Positions 51,801 to 64,000 of a DNA stretch of 64,000 nucleotides are shown one piece after another. Each line of letters opens with the position of its first letter. Positions within the stretch are counted from its first letter, which is position 1. The notes under the pieces are model-generated. The model worked only from the letters and a program-made list of their open reading frames with translations. It was not told the DNA's origin and did not search any database. A program made the position numbers and the translations under genes. Source of the stretch: Styela clava (Eukaryota); contig NC_135254.1 in NCBI RefSeq assembly GCF_964204865.1, positions 11,284,001 through 11,348,000 on the forward strand, given 5' to 3'.

Positions 51801-54800
51801 AAATATACTACTTAAGCTTTAAAAAGGGGGGTTAAAGCTATTTAGTCTAATCAATAGGCGTGGTTATAAAAAGTAGAATGTAAAAGAACCACTTAATAAA
51901 GCACAAACCTCATCCTGTGTTGCATGTGATCCCTGCCAGAAGTAGATGATATATTCTTCTTTTCTCCCAACTTTATACGTGTATAACATGACGTAACAAT
52001 CGCCCGAGAAGAAAATTCCATATTTGGACTTGTCAACTGGCTTCAAAGAATCTTCCACACGCCAGATTTCGAGCTATTGTGAAATAGTTTTATCATAAAT
52101 AAATATCAGACGACAACTGAATAGTGAATAATGAGCGGAATAAATTGATTGATTCCAAGTGAATAACAACTATATGATCATGGGTTCTGCTTTTATTTTA
52201 TACTGTATGTTTAAGATTATATTTGGGGACAATCCGGGTATTACGACGAGCATGGGGGGCTATTTAGGTTTTTTCTTATTATAAATCGGGATTAGAAGAT
52301 TGGTTTTATAGCATTTTTGTTGTATTAAAAACGATGTATTATAGAATACAATATTGATTATACACGTACATTTTTATTGGGTTGATAAGTCGCCAGAAAA
52401 ATAGATATTATTTTCAATATAGCCAAACATCAAATACGCGATTAGACGAACTGGGTATATTTTATGTAATATAAAATTGAAGCAATTTTGTTTCATTTTT
52501 ATATCTCACCTTTCCAGTTCCGTCATCGACCATTCTGTACTTTGCCGCCAGTTTGGAGTTGCTCAGAGATTTCATGTCAAATTTGATCTGTAAAAAGTTG
52601 AAAATGGTATTATGATTTCTGATATCGAAATGGATAACAACTTGAGATCATATGCATGTAATATACATAGGGATTCATGTATATCGAAGAAGTCACCTTA
52701 GGGGCACTGAGCTTTAGTACTTGATTAAAAAATATTAGACAAAATGGAGCAAATTTGCACGTTATTTATAATTCTTTTTTTTTAATAACCTGCTGGATCT
52801 TGGCAATCTTGTTTTCGCTGTATTTCTCCCCAAATCCGATGGTGTCGCCTTTATTTCTCCATGATTTGAAGAATTGCTTGAACATGATGCTTTCAGATCC
52901 TTCTCCCATCATCTCAATGTTGGTGTAGTCTTTATAGTTTTTATCTTTGATAAAATCAGTAGCGTTCTTAAGTGCACCGCTACGTTCATCCTTGCTTGCC
53001 CCCTTGCCTAAAGAAAAAACAATAAGAGCAATGCTCAAATATATAGGACCAACCGTCACACATCGCTACGGGTAGGGTAAGTCACGAAAGCACTAAGTTA
53101 ACTGAAAAGCAATACGAGAAGAAAGTGTTCTCCTTTAAATTGAAAAACAGCAAAATTTTGGTGTCCATTGAAAAAAGTGAAAGTGATAGCCGTCAAAGGA
53201 CCCTTTTCTCTTTAGGTACCGAAGTTTAGAAATCTACTGGTTTATTAATTACAGAGAAAATCAACCCCCTAAACATATAACCCAATAAATGTATATATTG
53301 TCCCACCTTTCCACACAAAAATCTTTCCATGTGATCCGTTGTCAAGAATGTAGCAATCCCCACTCTTCAGCTCTCCTTGTTGGAACGGAGCTTTTCCAAC
53401 TTCTGTGACTTTAAGAGATCCCGTATCCGAACTTACGTGATACAAGGAAGCGGGAACTTTCTTCTCCTCAACCTTGATATCATCTGACGTCGCCGGTTGA
53501 ATATCGGATGGGGATCCTTCCAAAACCTAGAAAAGATGTCGTTTAGTATGCTATAAAGTACGACGAGTCGTTTTTTTAAATATTTATTTTTTCAAAATGC
53601 GCACGACAAGTAAGGATGTAAATCTACAATGCGTAAAATGTAAAAAATTATTTGACTTAAAAAAAAGGTAAATAAATTCCCCACATTTGCACATAAATTT
53701 TTTTAGTATAGCTTACAGTACAGATACCGGGAATTAGGAAATATATTGAGAAATTATACTGAATAATCTCGCAAAAGTCTATAGGCTAGATTGGGTCGTA
53801 ATGGTGTAGAGGTAAGATCGGGCCCAAAAGTTCCAGCCCGACCCGACCCAGGCCCGTGGGTATTGAACCCGACCCAGCCTAAGCCCGACCAATTAACTGG
53901 ATTTGCAGGCCATAGTCCGAAGCAAATCTGAAATTTCATATTTCATTTAGGAGTTCTTTGAATTGTCATTTATTTTATAACAAGTATTTCTAAGTTTAGT
54001 ATCCACACATAGTTTTAGTATATATATTTTTTTAAACATATATTTATTTTAAAAAAAGTCAGCGATAGAGAAGCCTTGCCGACCCGACCCGAACATAATG
54101 ATTGCCATTTCAGGCCTGGGCTCCAGATCTTAGCACTATAACGTTGTCGCATTAGATGAGCACCATGTCCTCTCAAAAGATCTCCCATTTTTTATAAAAA
54201 ATGCAACTTAAAATGGAACAGCAGAAGTTTGGGTGAAACGTCGGGTCCCATTGGGCGATTGGTCTTGGTGAGAATTTCGGGTAGCTACAGTTTGTAGCTT
54301 TTGATTGAGTAGCCTATTCATTATAAATCATTAAATGAATATTCTACCTTCAGCATAATATCCGGTACTCTGTCTTCTGGCTCGACTTTCGTATGTTTTC
54401 CTTTTCCTCCCTTTTCGTCGCTAATTATGGCTCTGGCAACGTTGTCCGCTTTCAGTTTTTCAAACATATTGCATTCTTTTCCATTCCATTGGAAAACGTC
54501 CTGACGAAACAAAAACGTGAGGAATTTCAAAATATTTTGAAAATCAAAATTTTGGTTTAAAGTCATTTATACAACGTTCCTCCTTTTCTTTATATATTGT
54601 CTTGAATTTTCTCTTATTGATTATTTGATGAATGTTTAAAATATGAATAGGTTTTTAAAAATCATGTTGTGAGTTTCCTTTAGTCCCGGTTTGTACATAT
54701 GCATTTGATTGAACTCAAGTTCATCGTGTATAAAAGTGTTATTATAAAAGTGCATCAAATAAAAACTATTATATTTGGCTTCGAAGTATAAAATGGAATA

Positions 54801-57385
54801 CATTCTGACAGCGCAATACTAACATTTCCATAATCAAGAATAAAACTGTCTCCATGATTGAAGCTTGACCATTTCATCGGAACTTCTGTTGCTCGAACTG
54901 ATCTTCTACCTTTGACATGAAGAAGTCGTTTCGATTCACTGACGTTTGTTTTCACCTGCTTGAATCCAGATGCTACTCCCCCTTGCTAAAAATAAAGTTA
55001 TATTTCATTAAAAGCAATATTGCCACAGTACAGTACGTCTTATTTCGGATTATTTGTATTTGTTTTACCAGACTATGAAATAAACATGTATTTTTTGAGT
55101 AGCGTTTTCGAATCGAATTTCTTACTCAAAAAATCGATTGTGACGGCCATGGAACACTAAAACATTGTTTCTTGCGAATTATCCCTCATTAAAAGCTCAT
55201 TCATTATGTGCTAATCTTGAAATATCTCCTATGAATTATTTATACAAGAAAATTTGATTCATTGTAAGAATCGTGTAATATACATTGAAACATGATGGAT
55301 TAATGACGCAACAAATGAACAAATGTTCGGCTCAACTCGCAGTTTTTAATGTTGTTGAAATATTGTACGTCTGTATCATTTTGTCGTGACTCTTCAATAG
55401 ATAAAATGCATATTTAGGTAGCATTCACACGCCTTTTTCTGAACACTATTCTGACATGACGCTTTATTTGTCGGTTTAATCGCGTACGGTCGAATGTGTC
55501 ATTCGAATAACATGGCACATCATTGCGATTTCCGGCGCAACGGGCCGTTAGAGTTTACATATACTTTTGCTATTTAACATAACACGGTGTAAGAACATGA
55601 ATGTTTATTTTCATTGTTAGATTACCTCGATGACGTTCATCCAGAAACATTCTGATTCACAGCTTGCTGACTGTTTGCAAAAGCATCGACCCGGAAACGC
55701 GTAGTGTGAACCGACGTTACTTGTTATTTCAATCAAATATATTTTTCGACTATCAAGATTTTTGTTTCGAAAACAGTAATAATTTTAAGAGTAATCAATG
55801 CAAATTAACTAGGTTTTTGTTTTTGACTAATTACATGGTCTATTATCCGGCGCTCCCGTAGTATGTTATTTTATTTCTATTAAGATTATGACCTAACTAT
55901 AACCTGATACACATACTACGTTTCGGTGTCCGCCACCTCGGTTCACATACTACATGAGTACCCAATATCCTTATTTAGCAATTTCCGTATTGCGGAAGTA
56001 TGAAAATGTGACCCTTTTGGTAGGTTTTACCAGAACACTATCAGAAACGAGTTAATATTCAACAGTTCTGGTTCCGAGGGGAATTTTCTGCATTAAGGCG
56101 TAGCAAACATGAGCAAACCATCAGGCATAAAATATTATCGTCTTATACACGTTTGAACAAACATGGTTCTACGAATCATCGAACAGAGATAAATTGAACA
56201 AATATTTATCAAAGATAAAGCATATGTTAAAGTTTACACAGCAATAACAATATGAAACTGGTACTTTCACCTAATTTTAAAACCCGTAATTAATCTCCGG
56301 GAAATTCTTGTTCGCAGAGTACAAGGTTCACATGGATTCCGATAACGAATACGGAATATTTTATTGCAAGCAGAGGATTTCATATAGTTACTGCATTTTT
56401 ATCCATTTATTAGTGACTCAACCCAGATTTGGTATTTGATTATCTGTCAGAAATATAATATGAATCCATGTTCCTTCCCTAACTAAATCAAGTTTAACAA
56501 GTGATTTATAGCTATCATATTTCAAGTTCAATGTTTACCATAAAACAGACGAAAAATCGGAACAATGTACATGAATTGGCGACACGACGCTACTTCTCTT
56601 GTATAAAAAAGTTCAGTCAGCAAAACTCGTCTCAATGGTGGCTATGACAATACAGCTATGTGCATCTGCCATATGTCAAATATTTGAGTTTGCGTCCAGG
56701 ATGATGCTCCATCATTTTGCCTCATAATACGTTTAGTCTTTTGTGAGTGAGTTAATAAGAAAGGCAAATATGAAAATGAAAAGATGCTTTTATCAATCTA
56801 TTTTATCCAAATAACTTTATAGTAGACAAATAACTTGGATACTAAATCTCTTTTGTATGGGTATAATCGAATATTACCGAATACTTGACTCCGTTTTTGA
56901 AAAGTGCCATGAATTCACGACTTTCGTGTTCTTGTGTTTGTCTGTATTGAACAGGCTCTCCTCCTAAGTAGTCATCCATTTGGCAAGTTATTATCGCTGC
57001 TGCTCCACGTTCGTCTTGACTTGATTCCCTGCCCAGCCAGAAATGAAGATCCCATCGCATTTTTCCGCATTTAGCTGAAATAAAAATGGATTTTTTTATC
57101 GAAGAGAATGCCAAAACGCTTTAATTCTATAACGGCAATGTGTGCTAGTCTTACTATGTTCAACGTGTATATAATTGAAGTTAAATTATAATTCAATAAA
57201 ACAAGATACAAGAATATATATCCTTGCAAACCTTCAATGGTCTTCAGAACAATGTACGAGTCTCCAACATGGAAATTTCCCAGTAATGCTTGGGCGTTCG
57301 CCACTAAATTCAATTTTTCTATTCGCCATGCCTGTACGCCTTCTTTCTTGCCAGCAGTTTCAAATATTGCGGTCAGATCAGCCAT
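48867..57385 (-). CDS. GSN: Gelsolin-family protein B (six domains, about 716 aa with exon 13a; all canonical Ca2+ ligands kept; no headpiece)
   Basis: Exons 57385-57232, 57074-56878, 54985-54824, 54500-54348, 53526-53307, 53007-52790, 52587-52510, 52073-51909, 51370-51176, 51012-50850, 50518-50354, 49729-49585, 49002-48867. Intron positions and phases match gene A. The spliced ORF is open. Confidence 0.93.
49887..50180. mobile_element. Degenerate hAT-like MITE in gelsolin B intron 11
   Basis: CAGGGGCGGGACTA...CCGGGGCAA left end and TAGGCACGCCGCTG right end. TSD not preserved. Confidence 0.5.
51696..51797 (-). repeat. Local duplicate of the gelsolin B exon 9 3' end and donor, placed in intron 8
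   Basis: Matches about 51120-51223. Confidence 0.85.
53807..54138. mobile_element. hAT-type MITE in gelsolin B intron 4
   Basis: TIRs TAGAGGTAAGATC and GATCTTAGCACTA. CCCGA subterminal repeats. TSD TAATGGTG/TAACGTTG (6 of 8 match). Confidence 0.65.
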
Positions 57386-60300
57386 ATTCAGATGCTATTG
57401 GAAAGGCCGTTAGTAGGTGAAACTAAACGTTACTACTAAAACAGAAAATAAACGTTGTATAAAAATTATCATACGTTTTGAAGTTAACGATTCTTTCGAA
57501 AAGTTAATTTGATCTCGAAATAGGAATTCAAGTAAAATGTTGAAGAATAATTGCAGCGCAAAATATTTTGGTCGGCTCAATTAGGAACGATCCATCCACA
57601 AGAATTAATCGAAATTGCTGCAATAAGCATTTAACTATCATCAGTCGAGATAAAAATAAAAGTATAAATGGCACCTTGACATTTCAAAATTCAATCAACG
57701 TTGTTACGACTTTGCAACTTTTACTGAATATATTTTTATTCCTTTCAATTTTGAAATACCTCATATTATACTTTCGTTGAGTACTCTAGTATCAGATAGG
57801 AAGACGTTTGTCGCAAATACATATTTGCAACAGTTCCAAGTCATTTTAATTTCACCCTTGCGCTTCAACTGAACAACAGCATATGTATGACATTTCACTC
57901 TGTTCAAAGCATTGAACCGATGCGTGAAAGCTCATTTGAGTTTCCGCTTATTGAACTCTGAAACTTATTGAAATATTTCATCCCTCAGCAGTTTCATAAG
58001 AACGCAAAACTAAAAAACTTGAGCGCTCTTAGGCCGCACGTATCATCGACAAAGGGATCTGATGCGTACAGATAGATAAAGCTTGCGGACTATTATACTT
58101 TTGGTGGCAGCTATTCTAAAGACTTACATCCAGTAACCTCTTTACAAGGTTGAAACTCCTAACATTCTCGGCATTATTATCGCGTATTCTAATCTAAATC
58201 TATACGAATACATTCAACAAAGTAAAGTATTGACCAATCACTTTTGTTCAACGTTATAAAAACAATACAATTTCCGCGTCTGTATACCGTTTCATAGTCT
58301 TTAGAAAAGCGAATTTCGTACTAACTATAGATTTCACAGACGTTGCCAGTTCTACTCATGGTTAGGACATTCATGTTTAATACAATGACATGCTATGCTG
58401 CCGAACGAATGTAAATTAGGCTTTACGTGCATGTATGCAAAACTAGTATTGGTAAGATCAATCCCTGTATATATTGTCGATTGCTCAATCTGATCACGAA
58501 TTAACCATATATAAATGGTAAACCTATCCAATATCTTTAGATTGATTACTACATTCGCTACTCTGAAAGATGCAACTTATGTAAAATGTATGGATTACCT
58601 AATCATATAACCTCAACTCAAAATTTTGTTATTTTGCATCCGTATAGTAAAATTAATTCTTTCCATTTTATGCCATAGATGTAGAACGTATAAATGAATT
58701 TCCAGATATAGTTTTGCACCTATACCCTTTGAAAATAAACATCTAATGAAAAGACGCTATTTCATATTATATTTAGAGCATTTTCACCCTACAGTAAACT
58801 TTTACAGCCACCCAAATAAGCTTTAAAGATTTCTGTAAGGATAGACACGGCTGAATCACGTACACGGGCGGCTTGTGTATATAGTATACCAGACAATGAA
58901 CGCTGGAAGTTTGCCTCGTATATTAAAATAAAACAAGTGCAACCAACCATCGAAAACGATTGAAGCATGTTGAAAGATGATTTGCACCAATATATGATAA
59001 AATAATTATGGAAATTTTTAGAAGAATATCGTCATCCTGTGTTTTGCAGACCTTATCAAGAATAGGCAAAATGTTACTTTCGCATTGACTATGTCTGCGT
59101 TTACTCTATCCCACGCCTTGACATACAGATATACTAAACCTACACTTTTGTGCTAACTCAGTCCGTATACTACAACCTAATTTAAAAATTGAAGTTTATA
59201 CGTATTTCATATCATACTAGTCACCACAAAGTTAATTGTTAACTAAAAATTCAGACAACGACAACGTTACGATACGACTCAAATTCTGTTTACCGAGTAC
59301 AACAATTCGTATTTATTCGACAATAAAATGAGAAAAGTAAATCGAAAGAGATTCAATGTTGATCTGCAGGTTCAAAAACAAGACTTACATTATAAAGAAT
59401 CTATTTATCTCATATCTAGAAGCGTTTGCTTGCATGATAAACAAATGCCAATGCTAGCAGATCCCAGGACTTCACTGGCCTTGAGTTAGGGTCCCAAGGA
59501 CATGGGCAAAAATATTCAACCTACCGTGTCAGCAAAATCCTTTATCACTAAACCCGTCATGTATAAAAAGAAATTGAAAAAATGGAAGGTTTCAATCCCA
59601 ACAAAACAACGATATCAGAAATAAAAGTGGACTCGTACCCTCGTCTCTAATCAGAGATATACGGGAGACCTTATACGGGAGACCTCTGAAAGCTACTGAA
59701 AAATAGAAGCGGTCTTCATCAAAAATTATAAAACATCTTATCACCATCGACTGTCAGGAAATGACCACACCATACCATCGATTTCAAGACATTTGATGAA
59801 TACATAATTTCTTACTAGGTTTACACTTATCATTTGCTTCGGAAAGAACCAATTGACAATTCAACACTTCGCAATATCAACTCCTTTTTAAGAAAATATC
59901 AACAAAACTTAATTAGACCGCGCTAACACATTGTGTGGGATTACCTTTCGTCAGTGTCTAAACACAATGTGAAAAGCGTAAATGTAACACTGGATTTAAG
60001 AATTATTAGGCATAGTTACAATTCTTTTTATCTATTGCTTTTAACTTTCAGTTTGATAAAACAAAATTTTAATTTCTAAAAACAGGATCATAAGCTTATG
60101 AATTATAGATAAAAGTTACAAAATAAAACGATGCACAGTCTCAAGACAATGCGCTTGAAACACACTCGCGATCGCACCACAGATATTTCTGCACGGGTTC
60201 GCAATCAGAACTAGTTTACCAAGCGGAAGAGCATTTATGAATCCTCATGCCTGTAATGTTATTCGCGACTCGCCACATTCATAAGCCGTCTGAAGCGCTC

Positions 60301-63300
60301 TTTACAAAAATTTTAATATTTTAAAATAGAATATGAAACAATAGAGTAGCTCAATCATTGACTTACATCGTCAATAATATTTAACAATATATTGAAAGAT
60401 CAGCATGAAAATAAAATTCACGACTGCATTTGTTCAGTCGGTCACTTAGTAATGACTCCATTCAATTTAACAATGAATATTCTCCCCACCTATTCTATTC
60501 AAAACCATTTTCGTTTATCACAATTCACAAATGTTAAACACAAATCCATATTGTGTTCCCCGTGAGCTACAAGATTGTGATAATATACTAAAAAAATTAA
60601 CTTGCGTGAAATTACTCAGCATATTGTCATCCGCTTCCTAGTGCAATTTCCTTTCTTTGGTTGCCATTGTCTTTAAGTATCTTGGAATTAGTAATGGACG
60701 AGTATGGAGCAAACATTTATTAGTTGCTCATCGTTTCAATTATTTTAAGAAATTTCCTCAAGTCTTGTACGCCAAGTGAAATCAAATTTTTGACTTATAG
60801 CAATATCACACACTCTGCGTTTTGAAGGACCTGCCTGTTGATTCGTCACATCAGTCCGCGACAAATACACCGCGATATCATACGAGGAAATACAGGTCAT
60901 CATACCATAACCAATCTGCCACCTACAAACAGTAAGAAAAATCCAAAAAACTCACTTCAGACCCACAGTAACTCCAATCTTATATTTGAGCATTCGTTAG
61001 TTGGTGTTCTATTCAAAATCTGCACCAGGATTTGCTTTTAAAAAGTATTTCTCCTGTTCTTGGGTAAGATACATCATAATAAAAAACTCATGAACAATTT
61101 ATGTTTACCTACAGTTAAATTACTGATTTTGTTGCTTCAGCATTGGTCTATTATTATTACTAGAAAGAGCTTCATCACGTCTCTTCCTGTTAACTCTTCG
61201 GCCACATATCTTGGTACTAGCTTTATTAGCAGCATGAAATACGTCTAAAGGGTTAATTTTATTTGCGAGTCAGGCGATGTTGAATAATAACGATAAACTA
61301 TATTTGTTCGACAATATCAGAGATGATAGGCACACTGAGTTACTAATTAAATTCTACGTTTCGATGTATCTCATCCTGTGTATTTTGCGGTCAACAAACG
61401 TTTTTTTATGATAGGCTGGGTCGAAAATAACTCTTGACTTAATCGAGCCCTGAGCAAACTTGTTTAGCTACTTCGTTCCAACTTGTACCCTGACAGGCAC
61501 ATATTTCACTCAGGAAGAGTAGAGAGATTAACTTTTGGGGTCCAACGAAACTATTCATGAAAATCTATAACTAAAATCGTAACTGTTCTTTGACCAGTAC
61601 GTTTGGTGGCAACTATATATACAGAAATCTCAACCTCACTGTTATATTGATTACTCCTACAAGCCAAGCAGCAGGTTTCTATTTAAGACCGCCGCTTTCA
61701 AACTTCTTCCCAACAATTTCCGAATTAGCATCGTGTTACTGTATCCTATTTCAAAATACATGACGTCATGATTATTGCTGACCATTCGAGCAAGCAATTC
61801 CTTTCAATAATTTGGTTTACGACGAGAAACTAGAAACAATTGATATTGTCTGCAATCATTACTGCGTTATATCAAGTATCTGAATAGACGTAGGCCTACC
61901 ACCCACTGGAAATTTCAAGTTTAACTCCAATTTTTGACGATGCATGTGCGAAGCTACAAAACAAGCAAGCCCAACAGCATGGGGCGTAAGACTACACATA
62001 TTTTACATTAGGGGTTGAAACTGCAAGGACTACGCTTGTCGTTCCAGATAATGAAACAAGTTCAACGGCCACGACTCTCTGGAATAATTTTGTGTCATTA
62101 ATTACAGGGCTTGGATAAACTTTATCTCAGGCGATACAAAAGTTGATAACATTCTATCACATGACAAACAATGACTCGCATCCAGTCACCTCGCCGCAAA
62201 GGGTGTGTAAATAGCTTACCAATCACACGTGTAAGATTCAATAACATGGCAGACCATGATTGCTACCAAGTAAGAACTCCAAATAGGACATATTTATTGC
62301 CAACCAAATACTCGTTCCAAGCGCATGGACTTGTAAGTTATTATGACGATTACACAACTCGAACAATGACTTATTTACCTGGTTCTCTGAGATGAAAAAA
62401 TCACTTAATTTCTTGACGTATCTTGACACAGATAACAAAACATTGAATGTATATACTGGAAGTTCGCTATTATCAAGATTTTAATAATCACAGATACACT
62501 ACATGTTTTTCTTTTATATAATTTTAGATAAATGGGATAAAAAAATACGTTTTGACTGAAATGTTTCTGTGAAGCACGGACCCCATCCTAACAATATATA
62601 TAAGATGTCGCATTCGAAAATTTAAGATTTAATCGATTAACGTATTAAAATCGATTAACGTATAGACATATATATGACCAAAGGTTCTATCCTCGCGTAC
62701 TATCATGTTACCACTAACGTTCCTTTATTTTGTTTGTTTTGGGTTAAATTAAGAATAGGATAAATTAGTCATACCTTTCCCCATTTATTATACGTTGTTC
62801 AATTCTTTTGCTATTCAAACTCCTTACCTACTACAAGCAGAATAAAAACTATAGCTCAAAAAATTAGTGGTGTCGTAATTACAGAACACCCACGTTAGAG
62901 ATAACCTGCTACTTTGTAAATCTCGTCCACGGAACAATTTATGAATCTGCTGAACTGTGTGAATGCCGTGCTGTGCCCTAGCACTGCCTTCTTGACATCT
63001 GCAAGGATTTCAGCTAATCTGAAATGATCTATACGCCACGCGTTTTGACGTTGTATGCAGACTACTTCCTTACCATGCGGTACTAGGATGTTGTGTACTG
63101 ACCTGCAAGTCCGTTCTCCTTGTTTACTCCCTACTTCCGGATCCGTTTGTGTCAGTTGCCACAAGCATGCTTGAGCGAGATAGTATTATAAAGATAAATA
63201 AGAATAGCAAGATTTCGTGGAAAAAGATTATGCTATTTTCATTTACTTCCTAGCCGACATGGTTCTGTTATTTATATGTGTTAGAAGGGGCCTTTATGAT

Positions 63301-64000
63301 TAAATTTTGATATTTTCATAAATATTCAAATCCGATTATCCACTTCGATTGCAAATCCATCCACTTTTGATTGCAAAAATAATAATATTTTACGTGATAT
63401 ATAAATATAAACACAAGACGGATAAAATCAAGGATTTAATAATCTTCAGGGAAACGACTCTAGAACTCGACTTGTTATTGGAGTGTGAAGTGGATATTTT
63501 TGAAACATAATTACGCATTCTACAGTATTGCTATGTTAGAATACGATTTGCCATATTCGTCACTTCAACTGAAGTAGCCCAACAAAATTCATTATTTTCA
63601 GATCGGCACTACAGACCGGTATGTTAGGATTGTTTGGCAGCTTTTGAAGTTTTCAAATAATTCTTCTCCCACTTGTTTTAACTTACATTATTAGCAAGAA
63701 TACATTCGTTTTCCGTGCTTTTTCCAATTTTGAATTTTTTCAAATCATAACCAAGTAGATAATATTAATTCATTCCCAACGACCTCGTCAAAATTCCTGA
63801 AATTTAATAGGGACTTACTTGGCCCCTGCACCTTGACTAAGTATATCTACCCCTACGCTATCATGAAATATTTTAAAGGCGACGATTACTTCAATTGCAA
63901 AGCTCTTCTACGTCTGTACAATAATCCATATCGATAATAGTAAAGCAGCTTACTAAAGGCATATATCACTTTCACAGGAAGATTTACGCTTGAGGGCATT

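Larger units (their letters stand above)
33749..51814 (+). repeat. Tandem segmental duplication, copy 2
   Basis: Starts inside a copy of gelsolin A exon 11 and ends in gelsolin B intron 8 (GAAATATACTACTTA, matching about 33728-33746). Confidence 0.92.

Noticed and set aside
19005-51814. Duplication as a pure haplotype assembly artefact
   Set aside because: Inactivating lesions fall specifically in the orphaned copies, which two alleles would not show. It is not formally excluded without read depth.

Overview
AT-rich, intron-rich invertebrate animal DNA; an ascidian (Styela-like) origin is my inference from gene and repeat style. The window holds, in order: (1) the last three coding exons of an Lhx2/9-type LIM-homeobox gene; (2) two complete 13-exon, six-domain gelsolin-family genes facing each other, A (+, 7633-19816) and B (-, 57385 to 48867 or 47550); (3) between them a direct tandem duplication (about 19005-33748 and 33749-51814) that copied both gelsolin 3' ends, a collectin-like gene and a hidden micro-exon gene starting MGCGTSK; (4) many mobile elements, including a decayed hAT transposon, hAT/Tc1/MULE-type MITEs, tRNA-SINEs and Helentron-like elements. 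Main observations: a 552-bp-arm palindromic Penelope-like insertion carrying a minimal hammerhead ribozyme inside a gelsolin intron; duplicated alternative last exons in gelsolin B; loss of the domain-4 Ca2+ ligands only in gelsolin A; and an unannotated dual-acylation microprotein candidate. All models were read by eye, with no database searches.
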